A DNA stretch of 52,956 nt from Phoronis australis (lineage: Eukaryota; Animalia; Phoronida): the NCBI GenBank assembly GCA_002633005.1, contig NMRA01000597.1:1-52956 (forward strand), given 5' to 3'. A program made the position numbers and the translations under genes. Below the pieces are notes generated by a model that worked only from the letters and a program-made list of their open reading frames with translations, did no database searches and was not told the origin of the DNA. Every line of letters starts with the position of its first letter. Position 1 is the first letter of the stretch. Shown one piece after another: positions 11,425-24,375 of the stretch.

Positions 11425-14400
11425 ACTAGAAAGATTATTGTCAAGGCGTGACAATAATGGACTCTGCGCGTGCGTATTAAAGGAATTGTTATGGGAAGTT
11501 ACTGACAGCAACCCGTTTACCAATTTCAAAAGGAATTCTTTAAAATTGTAGGAAAAATTACATGCCTTTTGTTAATATTTTGATGACCTTTCCAAAAATT
11601 GACCTCTTTCGGTGCATTATGAGCCCGGATGAGGGAATAATTGTAAACTCGATTAAAAGTGTAGTTAATGCTAAGAATCACAAATGTTTTACTTTAAGCA
11701 CTTCAGAATACAACATGAATAAATTGGTCAAAAATGCACCTAATGACCCCATGGGTGCACCAAATGACATGATAATTTAGAATTCAAACTCAATTACATT
11801 TACTAAACTGATATGTAATTTTGAAGTCTCTAGCTCAAAATTTTAGTTTGCACTCAATGACCTTCGACCTAATTTTCTGATTGGTTAGGCATATTGTGTA
11901 GTAAAATAGGGCTTTCGATTGGCATGGTGACTTACACCAGTGCGCTGAACTTGAAAAGAATTCCTTGAAAAAGGGAGGGGATATAACATTTTGAACGTTA
12001 GATGACCTTTGCACTAATTGACCATATCCAGTGCATATTAAGCATCTTGAGGAGAATTATTGCAAAGCCTGTGAAAAGTGTGTTTAATGCTGAGAATTAC
12101 AGATGTCTAACGGTTGACACATCAGAATTCTTGGTGAATGAAAAGGACACATTTTCAGAAGAAAAATGCATCTAATGACCCCATGGTTGCACTAAATGAC
12201 CTGAAACTTTGTATTTCGAATTGAATTAGATGTACCAATCAGACTTGTGAATTTGAAGTGTCTAGCTCAAAATTTTAGTTTGCACTCAATAACCTTTGAC
12301 CTATTTTCTCTGATTGGGTGGACCTATTGCTCAGTAAAGTAGGGTATTTCATTGGCATGTAGGTTTACAGCAATGTGCTGGAATTGAAGAGAATACCTTG
12401 AAAAATATAGGAAATATAACCTTTTCAATAGTAGGTAACCTTTGCACTTATTGACCCTGTCCAGAGCATTACAAGCCCTTTTAGTAAAACTAACGGCAAA
12501 GTCCGTGAAAAGTATATTTATTGCTGAGAATCAGAGTTGTCTAACGGTTGACACATCAGAATACTTGATGCATGAAAAGGACAAATTTTCTGAAGAAAAA
12601 TGCACCTAATGACCCCATGGTTGCACTAAATGACCCGAACCGTTGGATTTCGAATTGAATTACCTCTGCCAATCAGGCTTGTGAATTTGAAGTGTCTAGC
12701 TTAAAATTTTAGTTTGCACCTAATGACCTTTGACCTGTTTTATCTGATTGGATGATTTGATTACTTAGAAAAGTAATTTTTTAAATTGTCATGTTGACTT
12801 ATACCTGTGCAGCGAATTTTAAAAAGATAGCTTTAAAACTGAAGGAGTAGCATTTTGAAAATTATATGACCTTTGCATCAAACGACCCCTTCCGGTGCAA
12901 TATGGAATATGATTATATAACGAATCAAAATTGATGTACTGTCAAAATTTATATGCTGAATTTAAAGAACGTACCTGCACCCAATTTGGAGTTATTAAGC
13001 CTCAAAGTTGGTCGGAAGAAGAATAAGAAGAACTAGAAAGATTATTGTCACGGCGTGACAATAAAGGACTCTGCGCATGCGTATTACTGGAGTTATTTTG
13101 GGAAGTTACTCACAGCAACCCGTTTACCAATATGAAAAGGAATTCTTTAAAATTGTACAAGAAATTACATGTTAATATTTTGATGACCTTTCCAGTAATT
13201 GACCTCTTCCGGTGCATTATGAACCCCGCTGAGGGAATAATTGTAAACTCGATTTAAACAGTACACACCATGGATTTTTGCACATTTTGAATTACCAGTG
13301 GCCACAGACTAAATGTATGACGTAAAATTTAGCTAAACCCATGTTTATTTTGTGTAATTAGCTCGAAATTTTGATTTTTCTTTCAATTTTGCCAATTTTC
13401 ACATNTGTGGTTAATGCTAAGAATCACAGATAATTTACTTTAAGCACTTCAGAATACAACATGAATGAATTGGTCAAACTTTCAGAAGAAAAATGCACTG
13501 AATGACCTCATGGGTGCACCAAATGACCTGATAATTTAGAATTCAAACTCAATCATATTTACTAAATATGTAATTTTGAAGTCACTAGCTCAAAATTGTG
13601 TTTAATGCTGAGAATCACAGTTGCCTAACGGTTGCCACATCAGAATTGTTGCTGAATGAAAAGGACAAATTTTCAGAAGAAAAATGCACCTAATGACCCC
13701 ATGGTTGCACTAACTGACCTGAAACTTTGTATTTCAAATTGAATTAGACTTACCAATCAGAATTGTGAAATTGAAGTGTCTAGCTCAAAATTTTAGATTG
13801 CACTCAATGACCTTTGACCTATTTTTTCTGATTGGATGGCCCTATTGCTTAGTAAAGTAGGGTATTTCATTGGCAAGTAGGTTTACACCAATGTGCTGGA
13901 ATTGAAGAGAATTCCTTGAAAAATGTAGAGGAAATAACATTTTCAAAAGTAGATGACCTTTGCACTAATTGACGCTATCCAGTGCATTTCAAGCCCTTTT
14001 AGTACAACTATTGCAAAGTCCGTGAAAAGTATATTTAATCGTGAGAATCACAGTTGTCTAACGGTTGGCACTTCAGACTACTTGGTGAATAAAAAGGACA
14101 AATTTTAAGAAGAAAAATGCACCTAATGACCCTATTATTGCACTAAATGACCTGAAACTTTGGATTCTGTATTGAATTACCTGTGGCAATCACACCTGTG
14201 AATTTGAAGTGTCTAGCTCAAAATTTTAGTTCGCACCTAATGACCTTCCACCTGTTTAACCTGATTGGATGACCCGATTATTTAGAAAAGTAATTTTTAT
14301 AAATTGCCTTATTGATTTATACCTGTGCACCGAATTTGAAAAGAATAGCTTTAAAAATGAAGAAGTAGCATTTTGAAAATTACATGACCTTTGCACCAAA

Positions 14401-15919
14401 TGACCTCTTTCGGTGCATTATGGAATATGATTACATAATGAATCAAAATTTCTGTACTGCCTAAAGTAATTTGTTAAATTTGAAGAAGATACCTGCAACC
14501 ATTTTGGAGTTACTAAGTGTCAAACTTGGTCGGAAGAAGAAACGAATCAAAATTGATGTACTGTCAAAATTTATATGCTGAATTTAAAGAACGTACCTGC
14601 ACCCAATTTTGGAGTTATTAAGCCTCAAAGTTGGTCGGAAGAAGAATAAGAAGAACTAGAAAGATTATTGTCACGGCGTGACAATAAAGGACTCTGCGCA
14701 TGCGTATTACTGGAGTTATTTTGAGAAGTTACTCACAGCAACCCGTTTACCAATATGAAAAGGAATTCTTTAAAATTGTAGGAGGAATTACATATTAATT
14801 TTTTGATGACCTTTCCAAAAATTGACCTCTTCCGGCGCATTATGAGCCCCGATGAGGGAGTAATTGTGAACTCGATTAAAAGTGTGGTTAATGCTAAAAA
14901 TCACAGATATTTTACTTTAAGCACTTCAGAATACAAGATGAATGAATTGGTCAAACTTTCAGAGGAAAAGTGCACCTAATGACCCCATGGGTGCACCAAA
15001 TGACCTGAAAATTTAGAATTCAAACTCAATCGTACTTAGTAAACAGACATGCAGTTTTGAAGTCTCTAGCTCAAAATTTTAGTTTGCACTCCAAGACCTT
15101 TGACCCATTTTTTCTGATTGGTTAGGCGTATTGCAAAGTAAAGTAGGGTATTCAATTGGCATATTGACTAACACCAGTGTGCTGAAATTGAAAAGAATTC
15201 CTTGAAAAACGTAAGAGATATAACATTTTGAACGTTACATGACCTTTGCACTAATTGACCCTATCCCGTGCATTATAAGCGTCTTTAGGAGAATTATTGC
15301 AAAGCCCATAAAAATGTGTTTAATGCTGAGAATCACAGTTGTCTAACGGTTGACACATCAGAATACTTGCTGATTGAAAAGGTCAAATTTTCAGAAGAAA
15401 AATGCACCTAATGACTCCATGTTTGCACTAAATGACCTGAAACTTTGAATTCCAAATTGAATTACCTGTGCCAATCAGACCTGTCAATTTGAAGTGTCTA
15501 GCTCAAAATTTTAGTTTGCACCTAATGACCTTTGTCCTATTTCACCTGATTGGATGATCCGATTACTTATAAAAGTAATTTTTAAGTGCCCTATTGACTT
15601 ATACCTGTGCACCGAATTTGAAAAAATAGCCTTAAAAATGAAGAAGGAGTAGCATTTTGAAAATTATATGACCTTTGCACCAAATAACCTCTTCCGGTGC
15701 AATATGGAATATGATTATATAACGAATCAAAATTTATATACTACCAAAAATCACATGCAGAATTTAAAGAACATACCTGCACCCATTTTGGAGTTGATTA
15801 AGCCTCATATTTGGTCGAAAGAAGAATAAGAATAAGAATAAGAATAAGAATAAGAATAAGACGAATTGAAGAAAACCCAGGAACAACAGTACTCTGCGCT
15901 TGTACGCACAGAGTAATAA
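11425..15919 (-). mobile_element. Head-to-tail array of three Helentron-associated (HINE-type) element bodies with internal ~430-bp repeats
   Basis: Three 3' ends (CTAG + TTATTGTCA..TGACAATAA palindrome + ACTCTGCGC subTIR) at ~11426, ~13033 and ~14656. (AAG/AAT) microsatellites at the unit boundaries. One 5' hairpin end (ACTCTGCGC...CAGAGTAATAA) at ~15890-15919. Confidence 0.85.
15820..15860. repeat. (AAGAAT)n microsatellite inside the HINE 5' region
   Basis: Direct reading of the sequence. Confidence 0.9.
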
Positions 15920-16844
15920 AAGTGCAGATTAAGTTAGCTTGCTGGCACACGTTGAGGGACCATACGAGAACAGAAATCTGTAGAGCGTGCGCTCACCTAT
16001 ATTGAGGAGATCACACGCTATTGAACGATAGTGTGCGCTCGTTCAATAAATAAATCAGTTTACGAACCGTCATTTTCACTTGGGACTCATTTTTGCAATG
16101 CAAACCCAAGAAACTTCGACAAGTCCAAGACATGACACCACGAAAGTTACAGAATCATTTGTTTATATGCCAAATTTGGCACAAATGCTTCCCATATTCT
16201 TGTTGTACACATGGTATTGCATTTCCAACGTTGCACTTAAATTCATAAAAAAGTTTCGGCTACACATTAAAGATGATGCGTCTTATTCAAATGGTGAATA
16301 TTAAAATTCGTAGCAAGCGCCACCTAGTGACTTTCTGGAGAACTGTGTGCACAAGTACAATCAGGAAACAATTTGTAAATGAAAATTGCGGTTTTAAATA
16401 AAACACGACAACTGATACACTTAAAAACAAGTGCGAACATATAAAACCCTAATAATTTCAAATATTACGTAGTTCTTATTTTATAGTGAAATAAACAAGT
16501 AATGAAAATTGTGATTTGCTTCATTGAGGTAACGGTGAAATATTACCATACTCATTTACATAAAAATAGTCTCCCAAAACGAGACTTTCGCGAGGTTGTA
16601 ATAGTAACTGGTTGATATCCGGATGGTTTCCGGCACACTGGGCTTAACTGAGAAACCCGCGTATTAACTGTTTACCTAAATCGGCTTTTTATGACTTTAA
16701 CGCGAGCGTTCTCATGTGGCAATTTCTCTGCTGCTTTTGTGCAAACTCAAGATAAGTGGTTATCAGACTGTGCTTGAATACATTATAGTTTATGCGTTTG
16801 AGTTTCTAGTCCAAGTCTGCACCTGAAGACCCGTATATTCGTGC

Positions 16845-17065
16845 CCCAAACTCGAGTAAAAACTCGAAATTTCGAGTTCAAACTTGAATTTTTAGCCTTA
16901 ATGTTGGGTTTACCAACTGCAAACAAGGACTAATAAATTATCCACGTAAGTCATTATGTACTCGAGCATAGCATAACAGACACTTTCGTATCTTGAGTAG
17001 AGTAGAAAATGAGAAACATAATTTCAAGTTACATTTCGAGTAAAAAGATTAGAGACCGGGCCCTG
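16845..17065. repeat. Family C repeat copy, rearranged
   Basis: Homologous to 4942-5189; ends GAGACCGGGCCCTG. Confidence 0.55.
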
Positions 17066-18250
17066 GTCTCGGACAGCCCTCCAGAGACTTAGGACTCGCT
17101 CCACGTAAAGGTCAAGAAGCGCGTAGATTTTTCAGCCCACATTTTTTCAACACCGAAGGATATGTGGCTTGCAATGCACCTGCTCGAAGTGAGGATTGCT
17201 ATTAACGTAATTGGTTCGTTTGATGATCACCACGGCGAATCAAATGACGCAGTCGCTAGCAGTATACCCGCTAAATTTGCCGCACAGGAGAAAAGTGGTA
17301 TTCCAAGTATTCAAATGCAGGTGAGAATACCGTTAATTGGGAGAATAACGAGTTTTTGAGTATTTACGCGGGTATTTACGCGGTAATCGTGAGCATGTGC
17401 ATGGGCCCTTCTGTGGTGACAATCACGGGGGGGGGGGGGGTGGCGGCATACGAATTGGCAACACCGGGAAAGACAATGTAAAGGTAACAAAAAAAATGGA
17501 CAAATTGGCAGCAGGCAGGGTTGCACCATGGGCAGAACGTCATTAGTAATTGTGGCAACAGGATAATAGAAGGTTTTATGGGTCTTGATTTCAGGACTAG
17601 TTACTTCCACTGAGTAACTTCTGCTATAATTTTGAAATCAGGGAACCATAACGCTGAACGTTAATATATCAACTGGCTGTTGATGATTGCATGCGTAACA
17701 GGGTTTGCCGAGGAAAGAGGTAAAAGCTGCAACATGATCGTATTCTGCTCCCAGTGAAAACAATCAACATCTCAATTATGACAATCATTTGACTTTAGGC
17801 CTATCAGACTGAGATACTAATGTTCTTTATATATTCCAGGTGGAAACGAAGGGCCCAAATCAGTCACCATATTCGAAATCCACTAACTCCGTCAAATCAG
17901 CAGTAGTGACTAGGAAACTGACGCAATGACAATGAATTCTGGGTTCATCGCTGTTATTTTCGGGGCATCAGATTTCTTAGTGTAGAAGAGAAGTTATGCT
18001 AAATATATTGAAAGCAGTCTAAGTTATCTCTGAAACTATCGTTTCCGCATACTAATGAACTATTGGAACTCTGCGATAGACCGAAAATGAATAATCAAGG
18101 AGTACAAATTAAAAGTCCAATAATCCAATAAATATCGACCAATATTCAGTTTTTGCCGGTTGCATGTTTCATTGTACTTAGGCTTACACAACTTCGTGCT
18201 CATATTACTTGTATGTTCAAGGGATAACCAAAATTGTTTCACATACAGTG

Positions 18251-18469
18251 TATGCGCGCACCCAAGGGGGGGGCTGTGTAATATTTGAAATTGGGCAAAA
18301 AGGTCCGCCTTAGAGAAAACGCGACAAAAGTCCAGTAAGAGGCAATAATTCGGCGAATGCACAACTCACAGCTCTGAACGAACCCAGTTTTCCATGTTTA
18401 TTTATTTAGTGAAAGGTCCACATTCTCAAAAATTCGATTCCCCCATATTTCAGCCTGGGTGCGCGCATG
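18251..18469. mobile_element. MITE family A, complete copy
   Basis: TATGCGCGCACCCA...TGGGTGCGCGCATG terminal inverted repeats; CAGTG on both flanks. Confidence 0.85.
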
Positions 18470-18474
18470 CAGTG

Positions 18475-19722
18475 TTATTACTCTGCGCGTGTAAGCGCAG
18501 AGTACTGTTGTTCCGGGTTTTCTTCAATTTTATTCTTATTCTTCTTATTCTTCTTATTCCGACCAATTTTGAGGCTTAATAACTCCACATTGGGTGCAGG
18601 TACGGTCTCTAAATTCAGCATATGACATTTGACAGTATATAAATTTTGATTGGTTATATAATCATATTCCATATTGCACCAGAAGAGGTCGTTTGGTGCA
18701 AAGGTCATATAATTTTCAAAATGCTACTCCTTCAGTTTTAAAGCTATCTTTTTCAATTTCGCTGCACAGGTATAGGTCAACATGGAAATTTAAAAAATTA
18801 CTTTTCTAAGTAATCGGGTCATCCAATCAGGTGAAATAGGTCAAAGGTCATTAGGTGCAAACTAAAATTTTGAGCTAGACACTTCAAATTGACAGGTCTG
18901 ATTGCCACAGGTAAATCAAATCGGAATTCAAAGTTTCAGGTCATTTAGTACAAACATGGGGTCATAAGCTGCATTATTCTTCTGAAAATTTGACCTTTTC
19001 AATCAGCAAGTATTCTGATGTGTCAACCGTTAGACAACTGTGATTCTCAGCGTTAAACACATTTTCCATAGGCTTTGCAATAAGTCTCCTAAAGATGCTT
19101 AAAATGCACCGGATAAGGTCAGTTAGTGCAAAGATCATGTAACGTTCAAAATGTTATATGTCTTACGTTTTTCAAGGAATTCTTTTCAATTTCAGCACAC
19201 TGGTGTAAGTCAACATGTCAATTAAATACCCTACTTTACTTCGCAATAGGCCTAACCAATCAGAAAAATAGGTCAAAGGTCATTGAGTGCAAACTAAAAT
19301 TTTGAGCTAGAGACTTCAGAATTATGTATCTGTTTACTAAGTGCGATTGAGTATGAATTCTAAATTTTCAGGTCATTTGGTGCTCCCATGGGGTCATTAG
19401 GTGCATTTTTCTTCTGAAAGTTTGACCACTTCATTCATCTTGTATTCTGAAGTGCTTGAAGTAAAACATCTGTGATTATTAGCATTAACCAAACTTTTAA
19501 TCGAGTTAACAATTACTCCCTCATCGGTGCTCATCATGCACCGGAAGAGGTCAATTAGTGGAAAGGTCATCAAAACATTAATATGTAATTTCTCCTACAA
19601 TTTTAAAGAATTCCTTTTCCTATTGGTAAACGGGTGGCTGTTAATAACTACCCATAATAATTCCAGTAATACGCACGCGCAGAGTCCGTTATTGTCAAGC
19701 TGTGACAATAATCTTTCTAGTT
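18475..19722 (+). mobile_element. Complete solo HINE (non-autonomous Helentron-type) element
   Basis: 5' TTATTACTCTGCGCGTG-TAAG-CGCAGAGTA hairpin, then a (TTC/TTA)n microsatellite and internal repeats. 3' subTIR CACGCGCAGAGT, palindrome TTATTGTCA-AGCTG-TGACAATAA, end CTAGTT. TT flanks, no TSD. Confidence 0.88.
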
Positions 19723-20514
19723 GTTGATTGTAAGTGACTTATACTTCAGTGCGGAGAAGGGCCACAGGAAGCAGGGGAGAAAATCAGCCCGTGGATGAGT
19801 GGGCTAGAGTTTAATGTTGTTGAACTGAAACTTTCTATAGCAATGTTGGGTGTACTGATTGTGATGTAGGGTGACTATCTCTGGAGAATTCGACAACATT
19901 TAATCCACAATTCCTACTTTATCATGTTTGTTGTTGACAAATTATCACCATCGTTACCCTTGGACACTTAAGTACGTCACTTGCTTCGAATAAACATCAA
20001 AATGATTGAGGTACTTATAATCAAGAGTAGTTTAATATTCTATCACTAGGTGGCCATTTCAACTGACATTTTGCACTATTTGGCTAGGTTCTTTTGTTTA
20101 ACGTGACCAAAAGTGCTTAAATGTGCCAGATAGAATGTAGCAGAGAATATTTTTTATTAATAGTGGCATAATGTACATGAACCTTCTTGTCATTTTTACT
20201 GAATTCATAGACAACTTACACAAAATAAAAAATGTGCAACTTCAAACGCCGGAACTTTTTATATTTACGAATGAGGTGAAAGACGTTGGAATACAGGACA
20301 GGTTAAGGTACTCGCGAAGCCTGTTTTTAAAGCTCCTGCAGCTCGCTGATTGTTAAGATGGGGGTATGTCTGAGCCTGCTCAATGCATACTAATGCTGCT
20401 AAGGAAATCAGGCTCAGGAAATTCTCTCGAAAATCTCAGTAAAAAGAAAAATCTAAGCGAAGAGGAGGCAGTAGAAATGAAGCCCAGTAATATCTGAAAA
20501 CGATTCATAAATGA

Positions 20515-20711
20515 CATGCGCGTACCCGGAGGGGGGGGGGGTGGAATGACAAAACAAATATTCCGAAAAAGCACAAAACGACACAAAGGTAGGAACTACC
20601 AAAATTCGGCGAATGCACAATTCACAGCTCAGAACGTACCCATTTTTTTGGTAAAAGGTCCACATTCTCAAAAATTCAAGCCCCCCATTATTTAGCCTGG
20701 GTGCGCACGTG
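20515..20711. mobile_element. MITE family A copy
   Basis: CATGCGCGTACCC...GGGTGCGCACGTG; internal similarity to 18251-18469. Confidence 0.8.
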
Positions 20712-21062
20712 TAATCACTTGGCATTGGTTTTATGCCCAATATTACAAGATACCATTCCTGTCCGTCAGAAAATACTTGTATGTGGTAAGTTCTGGAGAT
20801 AATTCTAACCAATCATCACACTGATGTTGGCTTACGAAGCAAGTATTGGAGCACGTTGTTCACACTAGCTTTTCTTTGATTGTCTTGCGTCTACGGAATG
20901 CAATCCAGGGCTGCTTTCCTGAAGTCTGAAATCTCATGAGTGCGGCGAGAGCACACACGTATCCACAAGATATCGCCATGCATTACACGCGAATGTCACT
21001 AGATTTGGCTCGCACGTATCTTATCTTACATAACAGTCCTCTGGATGAAGCAACCGAAGCCT

Positions 21063-21116
21063 TTAGGTGGGATAAATGGGTTGTGTGAGAGATTGTATGG
21101 GATAAATAGGACGCGG
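21063..21116 (-). CDS. Candidate last exon of the ZU5/UPA gene (PRPIYPIQSLTQPIYPT*)
   Basis: Acceptor TTCATTTTCAG in phase 0 matches the donor at 21311; other acceptors nearby are also possible. Confidence 0.4.
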   Translation of the reverse strand, partial: PRPIYPIQSLTQPIYPT

Positions 21117-21310
21117 CTGAAAATGAAGCTTCTTGGCAGACTAGGCTGGGAAATATCTAAAGTAGTAGGTTTTTTGAAGAAGGCAGCTTATCATGTCAGT
21201 CTATTTTCAGTTACAGTTCTCAGTAGTTTTATGTAATGGAGTGTATTTATCAGTTGAGAAATTAAGACATTAGGCGTTACAGCTCACAAGCAAGTGAATC
21301 AATAACTTAC

Positions 21311-21520
21311 TTTCCAGGATTTGACGTGGTTCACTTTGCATGATATAGGTGGACATAATTTCACCCATAAAATAGTCCGATCTACAGGTTGGTCCTCTGC
21401 GACCGGTTGAATGACGACACCGCGATTGAGAGTACTCTCATTGAACTTGATCGTCCATTCAGCTGCAAGGATGGGCGTGGAAGGGGTGCCGGTAATGATG
21501 AAGTCGTCAGCTCTGCGTTT
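21311..21520 (-). CDS. ZU5/UPA gene internal exon (C-terminal part of the UPA-like region)
   Basis: CTTATAACAG acceptor, GTAAGT donor, 70 open codons KRRADDF...AAEWTIKF...ILWVKL...KSWK, phase 0/0. Confidence 0.75.
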
Positions 21521-21694
21521 CTGTTATAAGAAGCAATTTCTAGATAAGCTTATGAGGCAAAAAATTTAATTATCCGAGTCAGGATTTGAAGTGACATCGT
21601 TGCCAACAAAGCTCATATGAGAGTAAACATATTGTGCTCATTGTAACCTGAGATTTTTTAAGATTCAATTTTGAAGACAGTTCAGACATTTTAC

Positions 21695-21871
21695 CTGTTT
21701 TAATGGGAATGCATTTTGGCCGCCCACGATTAGCTCACACAGTTCCCATCCGTCATTTCCGTCGGTTAATTCGATGTCGAAGATTGTGTCGGGGAACACT
21801 TTGGCTGGAAGTGTAACGACGTTGCTGGTACACAACTTAAGACCCATCTCTTTTTTCTCACGTGCAAAGTC
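21695..21871 (-). CDS. ZU5/UPA gene internal exon
   Basis: TGTTTAG acceptor, CAG|GTAAAA donor, 59 codons DFAREKKEMGLKLC...DIELTDGNDGWEL...KQ, phase 0/0. Confidence 0.8.
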
Positions 21872-22082
21872 CTAAACAGACAAAACAGTACCCTAAAAAC
21901 CTGTTGGGCTTGTTTCCTTTGGGCACTAAATAATTTGTGCACAACCAATTAGTACAGAATTATTCATTCCATAAAAATCTTTTAGTGGAATTTCATGAAG
22001 GCAACTGATATAAGCCTATTAAAAGCACTTATGTAAAGAGCAGACAGACCACAGCGTTTCAATTGAAGACACACATACTCAC

Positions 22083-22931
22083 CGCTTGATAATGTTTTGT
22101 CGTAGCTAGATCGGAGCAAAGGTAAAGATGTATGTTGAATGCATCTTGTGATTCTTCCACTTTCGTGTAGAGTTTGGCCAAAACTTGCAACGTTTCACAC
22201 TTTCCACAAGTGGTTACATACACGGTGAAATGAATGGTGTAAATGGACACCGTTCCATCTTCTTCTACGACAAAGTACGTGTCCTGACGGACGTTGTTGT
22301 CTTTAGACTGTCTTGGCACCTCAGTCAAGACGGTGGGATCAAACTGTGACCAGGAGTACACTTTGATGCCGTCAAGCGCAACACGATCTACAACGCAATG
22401 TTCTAGCGACAACTTTGTATGGCGTACAAAACGCTTGCTGTCGCATATTTCATAGTCTATAGGAGGCGAAACAATGTGCTCTCCTCTTTCTACGTCAAGC
22501 ATGGCAGAGATGACAGCCACAGTATCAGCTGCCAATGGAGTTCCCTTCACTCCATAAACATCTCCTTCAGGAATGGCTTTGGGTGGTATTTTCAACTCAG
22601 CGCTTGGAGACACTGTAAGGCAGCCGCCGCGTGAATCGTATGTGTAAAAACACGATACCTTGTGGTTCTTCACCGATGACCCTCCTTCCCAAAGTTTCAG
22701 TTGTTCTGCAGGACGCAGATCTCTTTTTGTAAAATTCGCAGGGTATATGTTCACGTTTGCAGCCTTATAATCTTTGAGAAGGTCAAGACAAAACATTTCC
22801 TGTTTCCCACAAGGATTTGGAATGTCAAGGGGAAGAGCTATATCCCACGTACGGTTGGTGTCCTTTACACCTACTTGTCTAGTAATCTTCTCAACCTCAC
22901 GCAACTCAGTACCGGGAATTGGTGGAATTAC
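22083..22931 (-). CDS. Large exon encoding a ZU5 domain and the start of a UPA-like domain (UNC5/PIDD/UNC5CL-like module)
   Basis: TTTTACAG acceptor, GCG|GTGAGT donor, 283 codons. ZU5 hallmarks DSRGGCL...LKIPPKAIPEG...IVSP...F...LSLEHC, later IYTIHFTVYV and IHLYLC. Confidence 0.88.
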
Positions 22932-22993
22932 CTGTAAAACAGTTTTTAATACTGATATTGTGACATTTCAATGCAGCAATTTCTATTACCGAC

Positions 22994-24375
22994 CTTCCAT
23001 TTGATTAGTGCCTGTCTAACTCTAACTGTGGGTTGAGATCTTGGCAAACGATAAAACTGCAAATTGACATCAATTTGGTTTACGTTTTGGATGTACAAAA
23101 CGTATTTGTGAAACCCAAAATGGCCAACCAGTTGTTGTTTCTCTAAGCCTCTAACGTTGGACATTTTATTCAGAGACCTACAGATAGTATGCGAGTGGTT
23201 AGATGACGACAAATTTTTGTAAACCGTGACTGACTCCGAAAAATTTTCCAATGATTTACAGTAGTTCTTTTCTGAGCACTGATAAGGTATGAGCCATCTT
23301 ATTGTTTAAAGATCTGCAAGTTTTGCATAGTAGAGAAAACACCCACCACACTTTCGGCATGTCCTTCTTCATCCTGTAGATTCCACTGTGAGCTAGTACC
23401 ACTCGTTGATGAACTAGTACTGTAGTCGATATTGGAAAGGCAGGGATCGTCAATCTCACCTTAAACACAAAGTTGAACAATAGAGGCGTGTTGTAAATCC
23501 ACTAATGTGAATCATGCAAAGTTTCCAATAATCAATATTTTCCTAAGTGGCTGTTTTATTCTTCAATTGTGACGAAGTTCAAAACTTTTAAAAATTGGAA
23601 ATGGAATAATTGTAAAAAGGTAAATCTTGGACTCATTTGCAAGACTTACAAGCTGTATTTTCCGATTGAGTTATTAGGGACTGGATATACATCTTTATTT
23701 TAATAGGTGTAAAATACCTTGGTCACCTTGGTCCGGTGGAACAGCAGGTGCCATGCCTATTAGTGACGTGGAAACAAAACTTTCACGTCCAGGGTCCATT
23801 GGTTCATTGACGTTCGTCCTGGTAGCACTTTCTGACAACTGAACACAACATATAATGCTACACAACAATGGTGTCAAAAGCTTTTTAAGCAATGAAGTGA
23901 AATACCTTGTCTAACTGTGTGTGACCTTCTCGTCTGAAATATGACGTACACATTTTTTATTTTACAGTATTTTCTTCGCGTCATTCATATCCTTTAAAGC
24001 CTTCTTTCAGTGAATTTTGTTGTTTTAGATGTATTGAGATCTCCAGATAGTACACCAACACTTTATCAAAATAATGATGAAACACGATTTCATAACCTAA
24101 ACTCAGTCACTTCAAATGATACATGAAAAAGGCTTTTTGCACAGAATTACGCCAACCCAAAAACACAGAGCAAACAACAAAAAACAGAAGAAGTTGGGTA
24201 GGGTCACCATATAAGGATTCTGGTGGTGACATTACTACAATTATAATATTGGTGTGGTCTAGTCATGCTCAAAACATAATGCGGGAACTAAATTCGCGTG
24301 TGTGAATTACCTGTCAAAATCATCTCCTTGACGGAGCAGAGCTGACTGTTGAGACTCCAGTTTCAGAGATAAATT
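22994..24375 (-). CDS. Five small upstream exons of the ZU5 gene (24375-24311, 23933-23906, 23838-23718, 23459-23347, 23056-22994) encoding a Ser/Pro/acidic linker
   Basis: Each has AG/GT boundaries and the phases chain 0-2-0-1-0-0 without stops: NLSLKLESQQ.../RREGHTQLDK/LSESATRTN.../GEIDDPC...ESV/FYRLPRS...KWK. No start codon was found, so the gene extends further 5'. Confidence 0.6.
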
